The position numbers and the translations under genes were made by a program. From assembly GCA_963977015.1 (NCBI GenBank), contig CAXBMO010000030.1, positions 1-64,000 on the forward strand: DNA of 64,000 nucleotides. The letters are read 5' to 3'. Position 1 is the first letter of the stretch; every line of letters starts with the position of its first letter. The notes beneath the pieces are model-generated. The model saw only the letters and a list, made by a program, of their open reading frames with translations, ran no database searches and had not been told where the DNA came from. Source of the stretch: an uncultured bacterium. GTDB taxonomy: Bacteria > Verrucomicrobiota > Verrucomicrobiia > Verrucomicrobiales > DEV007. This document shows positions 39,587 to 49,554 of the stretch, piece after piece.

Positions 39587-42500
39587 ATGGGGGAACCAGA
39601 GAACCAGCCTGCTTCTGATTTGGGCACCGCCGCCAGCCATGGCGCGGGCTCGGATTCTACGTACGGCCCCATGTTTGTGGCGCCGACGGTGGAGGAGTTG
39701 AACGAAAGTCTTCCCCAGTTCGAGTTTGTTGAGCTCCTGGGCCAGGGCGGGATGGGAGCGGTTTACAAGGCGCGGCAACCTCGATTGGACCGCTATGTGG
39801 CGATCAAGCTGCTTCCGGCGTTTGCGGGGCTGGACGAGCACAACTTTGCCGAACGATTTGAGAGAGAAGCGCGGGCGATGGCGAAGATGAATCACCCGAA
39901 CATCGTCACGGTGCATGATTTCGGTGAGACGGATGCCGGGCATCGCTACATTGTGATGGAGTACGTGGACGGATACGATCTGCACCACGCGATCCAAAGC
40001 GGGGAGTTGACTTCCAAGCATGTCTTGGCGTGGATCCCGCTGATTTGTAAGGCGCTGGATTACGCTCACGAGCACGGTCTCGTTCATCGCGACATCAAGC
40101 CGGCCAACATCCTGATCAGCAAAGAAGGGGAAGTGAAGGTCGGCGATTTTGGTCTCGCCAAGTTGGTGGGGCGAAAGCACGAGACCTCGATCACGAAAAC
40201 CCGGGTTTCGATGGGGACGCCGGATTATGCGGCTCCCGAAGCCTTGGAAGAAGGTGGCGTCGTCGATCGGCGTGCGGATATTTACTCGCTGGGCGTACTT
40301 TGCTACGAACTCTTTACCGGGAAAGTGCCTCGCGGCGCCTGGAAGCCACCCTCGGCCTACACCGATATCGATGTGCGGTTGGATCAGATCATCATCAAGG
40401 CGATGCAGCCTGATGCGGAACATCGTTACCAGTCGGTCAGCCAGATGCTGGAATCGCTCAATGACGTCCGGAATTCGCCCAAAATGGTGGTTTCCCAGTC
40501 GAGTAGCAAGCAGTTGCTGACAGGAACGGTGAACGTGCCGTCCAAGAAAGATATCGAAAGCCTGACGGGCGGGGACAAGTCCGGATCCAAGACGTCCACC
40601 CGAAGGCGGGAGCGAACGCATCCGTTGGTTGTGGCCGGGATTGCGATCGGTGGAATCCTGCTCGCGGTGGGAGTGATTCTTCTGTTGATGATGAAGCTGG
40701 ACGCCAATGCGAAGGCGCAGGCGAAGATCGTCCCCAATTCGAAACCGCCACGGATCGTTAATCCGGGAGAAGCATCAAAGAAAGATCCGGTCGTGGTTGA
40801 GGTGAAAAATCCGAAGCCCAATCCTCCGGTGCGGCCAAAAACTACCGAAGAACCGAAAACGCCTCCACCGCGTCCGCAATTCACCATCCTTGACCCTCCT
40901 CGACCCAATGACGGTTGGGCCGACCTGATGGAAGGGGTCCGCACCAAGCACCGGGGCGTAGAGGGAAACTGGGAACTTGGAGAGGATGGCGTTCTCGTCC
41001 TGGACGGGAAAGATTTCTCCAAAGGGCAGGTGCCAAGGATTCCGTTTGCCGTGCAGGCGCCGCAGAAAGTGGGTTATGAGGTAAAAATGGAGGTCTCCCA
41101 AATCAGCTCGGGCCGAATGTTTGGCTTTTTGCTGCCCGTTGACGACCAAAGTGTGTTTTTTGCGATCAACGCGCCATCTAATCAGGACAAAATCAGCTAT
41201 TGCGGGATTTCGATGGTTGATGGTCGCCCTGCCGGGCATCCGGAAAATCCAACGCGGACGAAATTGGAGATCGATCCGGAAAGAATCTATGATCTGGAGC
41301 TTCAGGTTTTGACGGACGGAAACAAGGTCGGGATTTATGCAGCCCTGGATTCCAAGCAGGTCTTGCGATGGGAGGGGAAGCTCAGCCAGCTGAAATCGCC
41401 CGATGAGGCCCGGGGAAGTGCCCGCCGCTTGATCACGGTTGTTTCGATGAGCCCGTTGAGCGTCGCGAAGGCTCAAATGAGAACGCTTGGACCGGGGGCA
41501 ACGTTGGCCGGCAAGCCCGCGCCGCCCAAGCCAGAACCCGTGATGTCGCCGGAGTTGCTTCAGAAACTGGCTGATTTCGAGAAAACGACTGCGGATCGAA
41601 TCGCAACGGAAGCTGAGGCTCCGTTTCAGGATCTGGTGGCGACCCAGCTTCACAAAGGTTATGAAGCGGCCCTTGGGCGTTTGATTGAGACTGCAGAGCG
41701 GTCGCGGGACCTTCTGACCAAGGCTTCTGCGCTTCGAGAACTGGAGCGAATCTCCGCGCTACGGCCGATTGAGCCCGAGGATCCTCCCGAGATGCCCCAA
41801 GCGGTGAAAGATGCGCGCGCGCGTTATCGGGTAGAAATTGGGAAGCTCGAAGCCCAGCGGGACTTGTTGCTGTTGCCAATTTTGCGCGACCAGCTGATTT
41901 CGATCGAGTCCCTACGCGATGAGTTCGCCAGCCTGGGCAAGCCTGCGTTGGATCAAATCGACAACGCGGCAAACCCGCTTCGAAAGCGGATCACGGAAAT
42001 TGAAGAAGGAATTCCCTCCGCACCGGTTGGATCGCCAATCCCACGAATGGCTCCCGGCTCTCCGGAAGTCGAGATGACCCCGGAGCCTACGTTCGAGCCA
42101 CTCCAGCGCGCTTCGTTTCCGCGTTCACGGCCGGTTGAGAAAGGTGAGGTTGTTGCCTGGGGGCGGAAGCCTGATATGGCTGAGGTTGAAATGGGAGATG
42201 TCCCCGCCGGGCTGGCCACGACCGCTGTCGCGATTGCCGGATATGGAGATTGCGCGGTTGCGTTGAAGTCGAACGGGAAACTTCAGGTTTGGGGGAAGCT
42301 GGAAGGGCCCGTGCCGGTCGAGATCACCGGAATGAGCGGGATCGTGGATGTGGCGGTTTCCTACGACTCAAGAGACTTCCATTTCGCAGCCCTGGATGAA
42401 TCAGGAAGCGTCGAATTTTATGCGTTGGGATGGGGGGACTTGACCGACGAGCAGACCAAGGTTGGGATGCTTGAGCGTGTTGTTGGCTTGGGCGCCACCC

Positions 42501-42991
42501 CCCGAAGTGGATTTGCCGTTCTTGACGATGGTTCTCTCGGGTATTGGGGAAGGTTGCCCGATGCTGCGGCAGCCAGTTTGCCTGACAAAGTGGCGAAGCT
42601 GAAAATCGGGCCGGGAGTTGCCGCCGCGATTTGTGAGGATCGATCCGTGAAGGTGTTTGGAGGCGGAACCTCGTCTTTTCCCCCAAATCTGACCGAAGCC
42701 ATCGACCTGGAGTTTGGTCAACAGGAAGCCTTGGGTGGTGTTGCCATCCTGCCGGACGGAAAGGCCCTGACATTCGGTTCGTTTGCCGGTTATCAGGACA
42801 AACTCAGCATGTTGCTGGAAACCAAGACCATAGAGAAAGTGGTCGCCGGCTTGGATGCGTTTGCCGTTCTGGACTCCGAACAAAATTGGCACTTTTTCGG
42901 CGCCAATATTGATCCGATGCATTGTGCTGCAGAAGCTGCGGGATGCTCAGATGTCGTAATTGGAAATTTCTACGTCATTGGACTTCGATAA
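39587..42991 (+). CDS. Transmembrane Ser/Thr kinase with extracytoplasmic beta-sandwich, coiled-coil and RCC1-like repeats
   Basis: LGQGGMGAVY, HRDIKPAN, DFG, GTPDYAAPE, one TM, repeats VALKSNGKLQVWG, AVLDDGSLGYWG. Confidence 0.92.
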   Translation: MGEPENQPASDLGTAASHGAGSDSTYGPMFVAPTVEELNESLPQFEFVELLGQGGMGAVYKARQPRLDRYVAIKLLPAFAGLDEHNFAERFEREARAMAKMNHPNIVTVHDFGETDAGHRYIVMEYVDGYDLHHAIQSGELTSKHVLAWIPLICKALDYAHEHGLVHRDIKPANILISKEGEVKVGDFGLAKLVGRKHETSITKTRVSMGTPDYAAPEALEEGGVVDRRADIYSLGVLCYELFTGKVPRGAWKPPSAYTDIDVRLDQIIIKAMQPDAEHRYQSVSQMLESLNDVRNSPKMVVSQSSSKQLLTGTVNVPSKKDIESLTGGDKSGSKTSTRRRERTHPLVVAGIAIGGILLAVGVILLLMMKLDANAKAQAKIVPNSKPPRIVNPGEASKKDPVVVEVKNPKPNPPVRPKTTEEPKTPPPRPQFTILDPPRPNDGWADLMEGVRTKHRGVEGNWELGEDGVLVLDGKDFSKGQVPRIPFAVQAPQKVGYEVKMEVSQISSGRMFGFLLPVDDQSVFFAINAPSNQDKISYCGISMVDGRPAGHPENPTRTKLEIDPERIYDLELQVLTDGNKVGIYAALDSKQVLRWEGKLSQLKSPDEARGSARRLITVVSMSPLSVAKAQMRTLGPGATLAGKPAPPKPEPVMSPELLQKLADFEKTTADRIATEAEAPFQDLVATQLHKGYEAALGRLIETAERSRDLLTKASALRELERISALRPIEPEDPPEMPQAVKDARARYRVEIGKLEAQRDLLLLPILRDQLISIESLRDEFASLGKPALDQIDNAANPLRKRITEIEEGIPSAPVGSPIPRMAPGSPEVEMTPEPTFEPLQRASFPRSRPVEKGEVVAWGRKPDMAEVEMGDVPAGLATTAVAIAGYGDCAVALKSNGKLQVWGKLEGPVPVEITGMSGIVDVAVSYDSRDFHFAALDESGSVEFYALGWGDLTDEQTKVGMLERVVGLGATPRSGFAVLDDGSLGYWGRLPDAAAASLPDKVAKLKIGPGVAAAICEDRSVKVFGGGTSSFPPNLTEAIDLEFGQQEALGGVAILPDGKALTFGSFAGYQDKLSMLLETKTIEKVVAGLDAFAVLDSEQNWHFFGANIDPMHCAAEAAGCSDVVIGNFYVIGLR

Positions 42992-43333
42992 GCGCCCGGT
43001 AAGAACACTGGAGCACGGTGGTCTTACCGAAATGCTGAGATTTTAAGGTCTCGAGTCCATTAAGGGTCCGGGAATACCAATTCTTGATTGAAACCCATTT
43101 TTGGGGTCAAAATTCGTCCAAATTGTCCGAATCTAAGGGAATACAGGAAGCAGAGGTGGGTAAAGGATGTGAATATGTTAGGAGCGTAAATGTGGATAGT
43201 TTAGGAAAATTACCTTTTTCTCAAATGGTAATTTCTTTCGTGCTGAGTTAATTATCGAAAATCTGAAAATTCAAGCAACCATTAGGAAAAAGGGTTGACG
43301 GATGGTTTGATTTTTGGTTTCTGAGACGCAGTT

Positions 43334-43861
43334 ATGAAATCGATAGTTGCCACGTTAACAGTCGCTCTTCTTGGAACCGCTTTGGTTCAAGCTGGGCCCT
43401 ATATTGATAAAAACCCACCCATCATTGACGTTTGTGATTGCTACCCTCCCGGGTTACAGGTCGGCGGCTTTGTTGGCGGCTACTTCCCTGACAGCAGTGT
43501 GGAGGAAGAAGCACTTGGTGGCGGTATTACCCTTGGCTATTTCTTCACCGATCGGATCGGTTTGGAGCTTGGCTACGGGGCGTATGACACGGAACCTGAT
43601 GTGACTCACATGACAACGTTGGATCTGATCTACCGTTTGTTCATCAACGACAACAACTGCTTCTCGCCCTACCTCATTGCAGGTGGCGGTGGAGTTTTCA
43701 ACGACGTTAACCGCGGTCTTTTCCGTGGTGGTGCCGGCGTTGAAATGCGCTTTGAAGGTAACAACTGCTGGGGACTCTTCCTCGACGGGACCTTCAACTG
43801 GCTTGCCGATGGTGGCGATGATCCAGTGGTTGCACGTTTGGGAGTCCGCATCCCGTGGTAA
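43334..43861 (+). CDS. Small outer-membrane beta-barrel protein
   Basis: Signal peptide, GYFF...GLE..Y, SPYL.AGGG, C-terminal aromatic residue. Confidence 0.8.
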   Translation: MKSIVATLTVALLGTALVQAGPYIDKNPPIIDVCDCYPPGLQVGGFVGGYFPDSSVEEEALGGGITLGYFFTDRIGLELGYGAYDTEPDVTHMTTLDLIYRLFINDNNCFSPYLIAGGGGVFNDVNRGLFRGGAGVEMRFEGNNCWGLFLDGTFNWLADGGDDPVVARLGVRIPW

Positions 43862-43898
43862 ACTGAAGTTTTAACCCCTCAACACATTTTTGCATGAG

Positions 43899-43927
43899 AA
43901 GTCGGGGCCGCAAGGTCCCGGCTTTTC
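43899..43927 (+). terminator. Rho-independent terminator
   Basis: aagtcggggcc-gcaa-ggtcccggctt followed by T-rich tract. Confidence 0.65.
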
Positions 43928-44124
43928 GCGTTTCATTCAGTCTGGAAGTGGAGAGGTAGCCGGTGTCGCAGTGGCTACTCTTCCCTCTGCGAAACCGCAC
44001 CTCTTTTTCTTGGGCCTGCTCCTCTCACATCGGCTCCAGGTTCCCGGAAAGGGCTCCTGGTGGCAATTCTCTTTGCCTCTCCGCTCTTGATCCTCGATTC
44101 GGCAGGTGCCACGATGCAGGCCTC

Positions 44125-45441
44125 ATGAACCCCTCTGCTTTTCTCAGTTTCGTCGTCGTCCTTTGCCTTGGCTCGGCCGCCCTGGCAAAGAATCCCGCGT
44201 TTGAGCCGGTGATCGACGATCCTGCGCTGCCGCGGGTTCTTCTCATTGGCGATTCCATTTCGATTGGCTACACCGTTGCAGTTCAGGAGTTGATGGCGGG
44301 AAAGGCCAATGTGCATCGCATCCCAACCAACGCAGGTCACACGGGCATGGGACTCGACGGACTGCCAAAGTGGTTCGAGAAAATGGGGCGGGATTGGGAC
44401 GTCATCCATTTCAACTGGGGGCTTTGGGACCTTTGCTACCGCCACCCCGAAGCGAAGACTCAGGGCAAGCGCGATAAAGTGAATGGAACCCAGACGCACA
44501 CCATTGAGCAATACGTCGCGAATTTGGACAACCTCGTCACGCAGCTCCAATCAACCGGCGCCAAATTGATCTTTGCGACCACAACGCCGGTTCCGGAGGG
44601 GGAATTCGGACGCAAAATTGGCGATGATCTTCGCTACAATGCCGCTGCCGTCGAATTGATGAACCGTCATGGAATCACGATCAATGATCTCAATGCGGTA
44701 ATGGCGGGAAAAATGAGCGAATTTGGGGTGAAGCCCGGCGACGTCCACTTCAAGCAGGAAGGCAGCCAACTGCTCGCTCAACACGTTGCCGAGCACCTTT
44801 TGAAGGCCTTGAGCGAGCCGATTACCCTCTACGACGGTAAGAATCTTGCCGCTTGGGAATTTGCGGAGAATGCCTGGGAGATTCTTGAGGATGGCTCCGT
44901 CGTTTGCCGGATGAAAGAGGGCGTCGACAAGAAGGGGAATCCCAGGACGATCGGGATGGGAGACATCTGGACGCGCCAAGAGTTCAGCGATTTTGATCTC
45001 ACTCTCAGCTACAAACTTTCCGTGGGGGCGAACAGTGGGGTTTTCTATCGGGCGGACAAGAACAACCCGGTGCAGGGTGGGTTTGAGGTTCAACTGATGG
45101 ACAACGAGGGATTTCAGAAAACCCACGGCGCCAGAGATGCCCGCAAACTGAATGGGTCGTTTTATGATGGCAAAGCCCCCTCTCATGACCCATCGAACCC
45201 GCCCGGGGAGTGGAACCGGCTCCAGTTGACCTGCGAAGGCCCCAGAATTCGGATCGCGATCAATGGAGAACAAGTGATCGATGTCAATGTCGACGATTGG
45301 GATACCGCCGGTCAAAATCCTGACGGCACGACCAACAAATTCAAAACCGCGTTCAAGGATCTCCCTCGTACCGGGCGCATCGGCCTTCAGAATCACGGAC
45401 AGGTTGTCTGGTTCAAAGACATCGTGATCAGGTCTTTGTAG
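44125..45441 (+). CDS. SGNH/GDSL hydrolase fused to DUF1080 (3-keto-disaccharide hydrolase) domain
   Basis: LIGDSIS, FNWGLWD, DVHF; GANSGVFYR, GEWN, GRIGLQNHG. Confidence 0.88.
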   Translation: MNPSAFLSFVVVLCLGSAALAKNPAFEPVIDDPALPRVLLIGDSISIGYTVAVQELMAGKANVHRIPTNAGHTGMGLDGLPKWFEKMGRDWDVIHFNWGLWDLCYRHPEAKTQGKRDKVNGTQTHTIEQYVANLDNLVTQLQSTGAKLIFATTTPVPEGEFGRKIGDDLRYNAAAVELMNRHGITINDLNAVMAGKMSEFGVKPGDVHFKQEGSQLLAQHVAEHLLKALSEPITLYDGKNLAAWEFAENAWEILEDGSVVCRMKEGVDKKGNPRTIGMGDIWTRQEFSDFDLTLSYKLSVGANSGVFYRADKNNPVQGGFEVQLMDNEGFQKTHGARDARKLNGSFYDGKAPSHDPSNPPGEWNRLQLTCEGPRIRIAINGEQVIDVNVDDWDTAGQNPDGTTNKFKTAFKDLPRTGRIGLQNHGQVVWFKDIVIRSL

Positions 45442-45508
45442 TCAATTTTCAATTCTCTCACGAACGATCCGCGTTCATTCTCGTCTCAAACTTATCAAAT
45501 AGCGTTTC

Positions 45509-47323
45509 ATGGCAGGCAATCCGCATCATCAACCCAGAATTGATCAGGTTCCGATTCTGGTCGGCATTATTGGGCATCGCGACATTCCCGAAGCAGATCA
45601 CCCGGAACTGGAGAAGAAGTTGCGCGCGGTCTTTGCCTCGCTCCGCAAAAGTTATCCCAATACCACGATCTATGCGCTGACCGCGCTGGCCGAAGGGGCG
45701 GATTCGATCGGTGCCCGGGCTGCCATCGCGGAAAAGGTGGCCATTATTGCGCCGCTTCCCATGGAGGCTGATTCCTATAAGCAGACGTTCAGTTCAACAC
45801 AGAAGGCGTCTGAACTGGATCATTTCATGAAGCACTCCATGTGCATGGTGATGCCGTCTCATAGTGGTGTTCCAGACTCGATGGATCACCAGTTTGCCCG
45901 GGCCGGTGCCGCGGTGGTGCAGTATTCCCACATCGTTATTGCGCTTTGGAACGGGGAGGATTCCCACCTTGAAGCCGGGACGTCTTATCTGATTCGCCAT
46001 GCCATTGACGGGATACCCAAAGATATCGTCTACGATTTGGAAGGCGTTTATCCGTCGCCGTTGGATCCCATTGCCACGGCCATGGTTCGCCAACTTCCGG
46101 TCACTCGATCTTCAAATCCCGGCGTCTCGAAAGTTGGCAGCTTCAAAGATGCCGAGCCCGGAAAGTTTGAAGAGTTGGAATTTCGGGGAAGTAAGCCCAA
46201 GCTCCGCCTCACCCATTCGCAGAAGAAGATGTTCGATCATTTTGAAGCGTTCAATAAGGACATCTGCAAGTATCGGCCGAAGTCGGGAACCTGGGTTGAC
46301 GCGGCCATTCTCGAAGCGAAAGGAAACTATCATCCGCTGGTTAAGGACGAGCGGATTACCCTTCCCAAAGGGTTGCAGCATCTTCGTGAGCGATTTGCGA
46401 TGGCGGATTGCCTGGCCAGTCACTATCAGAAGCGGCGGCATTGGCGCATTACCCGCTACGTTGTCATTTTGGCCGCGTTGATCGCCTTCGTTCACCAGAT
46501 CATCAGTTCCAATCTTCCCATCTCTCAATTGCTCAGCCCGCCTCCGGGGTGGGCTGATGGCATTCCAGGGAACGGCCTCTTCGATTACGCAGAGAACTGG
46601 CCGTTTATTGGCTATGCCGTCCTCTTGGTCTTTGCCTACGGTGTCGTCTTTTATGCCCGGCTGAAGCGTTGGCAGGAGCGGTATCTGGACTACCGGACCA
46701 TTGCCGAAGGGGCTCGAATTCAGTTCTACTGGCTCATCGCCGGGATACGCACGCCGGTCGTGAATTTCTTTCTCCGCAAGCAGCGTGACGAATTGGAGTG
46801 GATTCGGGGCGTGTTGAGAATGTGGTACCTTCGAGCCGTGGTGGATGGCGGGGTGATCACGGAAGCCAGTCCCGATCAGGCGGCGTTGATTGAGGATCAC
46901 TGGATTCGTGATCAACGGCGATACAGCAATAAAACCGCGCTTCGCGCCAGCGTCATCGACGGCACCCTCAGCGTGCTGGCGATGCTCTTTCTGGGAGTGT
47001 TGGTCATTACCATGGTGACCAAGCCGTTTATTTCGAAAGACGATTTTGAGCACCTTTTGGTTCTCGGAACCGCAGCCGCAGGCGCGCTGGTGTTGATGGT
47101 TTCCTCGCTGCGCTATTTCCTCGGCTATCGCGAAATCCACAAATCCAACACGCGAATGATGGTTCTCTTCTCGGACGCAGATAAATTCTACGACCCCACG
47201 GATGGCATTCAGGACGACGAACGCGCGATCCTTGAGGAACTTGGTCGCGAAGCGCTGACGGAAACCGGTGATTGGCTCCTCTCCAACCGGAACCGGAAGG
47301 TCAATTTGCCCAAGGCCACATAA
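45509..47323 (+). CDS. SLOG-superfamily domain fused to two SLATT-like 2TM modules
   Basis: GIIGHRD, LAEGAD, ALWNG.....GT; W...YLDYR.IAE..R after a TM pair; second TM pair with E...W. Confidence 0.75.
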   Translation: MAGNPHHQPRIDQVPILVGIIGHRDIPEADHPELEKKLRAVFASLRKSYPNTTIYALTALAEGADSIGARAAIAEKVAIIAPLPMEADSYKQTFSSTQKASELDHFMKHSMCMVMPSHSGVPDSMDHQFARAGAAVVQYSHIVIALWNGEDSHLEAGTSYLIRHAIDGIPKDIVYDLEGVYPSPLDPIATAMVRQLPVTRSSNPGVSKVGSFKDAEPGKFEELEFRGSKPKLRLTHSQKKMFDHFEAFNKDICKYRPKSGTWVDAAILEAKGNYHPLVKDERITLPKGLQHLRERFAMADCLASHYQKRRHWRITRYVVILAALIAFVHQIISSNLPISQLLSPPPGWADGIPGNGLFDYAENWPFIGYAVLLVFAYGVVFYARLKRWQERYLDYRTIAEGARIQFYWLIAGIRTPVVNFFLRKQRDELEWIRGVLRMWYLRAVVDGGVITEASPDQAALIEDHWIRDQRRYSNKTALRASVIDGTLSVLAMLFLGVLVITMVTKPFISKDDFEHLLVLGTAAAGALVLMVSSLRYFLGYREIHKSNTRMMVLFSDADKFYDPTDGIQDDERAILEELGREALTETGDWLLSNRNRKVNLPKAT

Positions 47324-47325
47324 AA

Positions 47326-48717
47326 TTAGTGGTCAGTGGCCGATTTCGGCATCGTCGTTTCGACGACCGCAGCTCCGATTGAATCTCCAAACACATTGGT
47401 AGCCGTTCGGAAGCGATCCAAGAACCAGTCAACCGGTAGGATCAGCGCGATATACTCGGTGGGCAGATCAACCGCGCGCAAGACGATGAGCATGGTAATG
47501 AGTCCGGCCTCCGGGATCCCGGCCGCTCCAATCGCGGCGAGGGTTGCGGTGATTGCAACAATGAGTTGCTGACCGAACCCCAGATCCTGGCCAATGGCCT
47601 GGGCAATGAACAGAACGGCGGCTGCTTCGTAGAGCGCGGTGCCATCCATGTTGATCGTGGCTCCGAGAGGAAGCACAAACTCGGTCGATTCCCGCGAAAC
47701 TTTCGCCTTCTCAATCGCGGACTCCATCGTGATGGGCAGGGTGGCCGAGGAGCTGGCCGTGGAAAACGCGGTGAGCAACGCCTGGCTCATCTGGAGCATG
47801 AACCGATAAGGATTGCGTTTGGTCACGAACCAGAGGATGAGCGGCAGGGTTACGAGAAAGTGGAACCCGAGTCCAAGGATGACCGTTCCGACAAAGCGAC
47901 CGATCTGCGAAAGTTGCTCCACGAACTCGCCCTTGTGTTCGGCCTCTCCGAATCGTGCTGCAACGAGGCAAAAAATTCCGACCGGCGCCAGCTTCATCAG
48001 CAGAAGAATCACCTTCATCAGGGCGGTGTTGCTCTGCTCAATCAGCTCCTTCAGACCATCGACTTGTTTGCCCATCGTCGTGAGCACGCTGGCAAACACG
48101 ATCGAAAAGACAATGAGCGGCAGCAGCTCCATGTCCATCGCGGCTTTGAAGAGGTTGTCCGTTACCAGCATCAGAAACAGGTTCTCAATAATGTCCCCAA
48201 TGTTCTGATCCCGAGCTTCTCCCGGAGGAAGGCCGCCCAGCACCGATCCCACTTCCTCCATCGTCAGGCCGGTTTCGTTGGCGATGCTTTTTGCGACTTT
48301 GTAACGAGGCGATTCCTCGTCGACCGTGCCCCGCCCAATCTCGGCGACTTTCTCCGGGTCAACGGATCCGCCCGGTTGCATGATGTTTACGACGACCAGT
48401 CCGACGAGCACCGCCAACACCGTGGTGCAAAGGTAGTAGCCGATCGCGGTTCCTCCCGGTTTCCCCAGTTTGCGAACGTCGCCCATCCCGAAAATGCCGC
48501 TCATTACGGACGTCACTACCAGGGGCACCACCAGCATTTTCAACAGGTTGAGGAAAACCTCGCCACCAACGTGAAACTTCATCGCGGCTTCCGGAGCCTT
48601 CAGCGCGACGACTACGGCAAGAAGCAGCGCAATCAGAATCCAGAGCGTCAAGTTGCGATGGCCACCCTTGCGGATGAACTCTGCAAACCATTTGAGAACG
48701 ATGTTAGGGCCAGCCAT
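47326..48717 (-). CDS. Dicarboxylate/amino acid:cation symporter (GltP/DAACS family)
   Basis: FLNLLKM.VVPL, AFSTASSSATLP, PLGATINMDGT, DRFRT..N..GD. Confidence 0.95.
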   Translation of the reverse strand: MAGPNIVLKWFAEFIRKGGHRNLTLWILIALLLAVVVALKAPEAAMKFHVGGEVFLNLLKMLVVPLVVTSVMSGIFGMGDVRKLGKPGGTAIGYYLCTTVLAVLVGLVVVNIMQPGGSVDPEKVAEIGRGTVDEESPRYKVAKSIANETGLTMEEVGSVLGGLPPGEARDQNIGDIIENLFLMLVTDNLFKAAMDMELLPLIVFSIVFASVLTTMGKQVDGLKELIEQSNTALMKVILLLMKLAPVGIFCLVAARFGEAEHKGEFVEQLSQIGRFVGTVILGLGFHFLVTLPLILWFVTKRNPYRFMLQMSQALLTAFSTASSSATLPITMESAIEKAKVSRESTEFVLPLGATINMDGTALYEAAAVLFIAQAIGQDLGFGQQLIVAITATLAAIGAAGIPEAGLITMLIVLRAVDLPTEYIALILPVDWFLDRFRTATNVFGDSIGAAVVETTMPKSATDH

Positions 48718-48807
48718 GGCCGGATTATGGGCGGGATCGCGGGAGAGTCGACCGAAAAATTGCGTCGTCACCGTTGCGATTTCGCAATCCTTGTGCTCGT
48801 TGAGGCG

Positions 48808-49551
48808 GTGGCCCGCTACTTGCTCATCAACAACAACAATTCGCGGACGAAGTTTGCGCTCGCGGAAGCAGGCCAACTTCTCGCGGAGCGCGACTGGATC
48901 GAAACCCGGCGGCTGGATCATGCCGCCCTGGCGGAATTCGCCCGGCGTTGGGACGTTGAAAACGTCGTCCTCGCCTCAGTCGTTCCGGAAAAAGCGCGCG
49001 TCGTAAAGGAGCACTTTGGCGACATCGTGTTCGAGATTCGGCACGATGTTGAACTCGGTGTCGCTCTGGACTTTCCCGATCCCTCCACGATTGGGGCGGA
49101 CCGGCTCGCCAACGCCTCCGGGATGGTTGCGCTGTATGGCGAATTTCCGGCCATCGTCGTCGATTTCGGCACTGCGGTGACGTTCGACATCCTATCCAGG
49201 GAGCAAGCCTATATCGGTGGCATTATCGCCCCCGGTTTGGACGTGATGACGAGCTACATGCATGAGCGAACCGCCTTGTTGCCGAAGATCGAAATTGAAG
49301 AACCCAGCGAGCTGATCGGCAAATCGACCCGCAGCGCGATGCTCTCCGGAGCCGTACATGGATATCGCGGGCTGATCCGCGAGATTCTCGAGCAATTGAG
49401 AGCGGAATTGGCCCCGGAATCCGGTTGGGTCAAAACCGTTGCCACCGGCGGCTACGCAGAGTTGATCTCCACCAAAATTGAGTCTATCGATGCCGTCCTT
49501 CCCGACCTCACGCTCGAAGGAATGCGCGTGATCGCGAATTTGAACATCTAA
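48808..49551 (+). CDS. coaX: Type III pantothenate kinase
   Basis: SVVP, IGADR, VDFGTAVTFD, GG.IAPG, TA.LP, ATGG, L.L.G. Confidence 0.9.
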   Translation: MARYLLINNNNSRTKFALAEAGQLLAERDWIETRRLDHAALAEFARRWDVENVVLASVVPEKARVVKEHFGDIVFEIRHDVELGVALDFPDPSTIGADRLANASGMVALYGEFPAIVVDFGTAVTFDILSREQAYIGGIIAPGLDVMTSYMHERTALLPKIEIEEPSELIGKSTRSAMLSGAVHGYRGLIREILEQLRAELAPESGWVKTVATGGYAELISTKIESIDAVLPDLTLEGMRVIANLNI

Positions 49552-49554
49552 CTT

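Noticed and set aside
47566-48921. 661-aa ORF fusing an unknown region to CoaX, and an N-terminal extension of the symporter
   Set aside because: The extensions are antisense shadows; real starts are near 48808 and 48717
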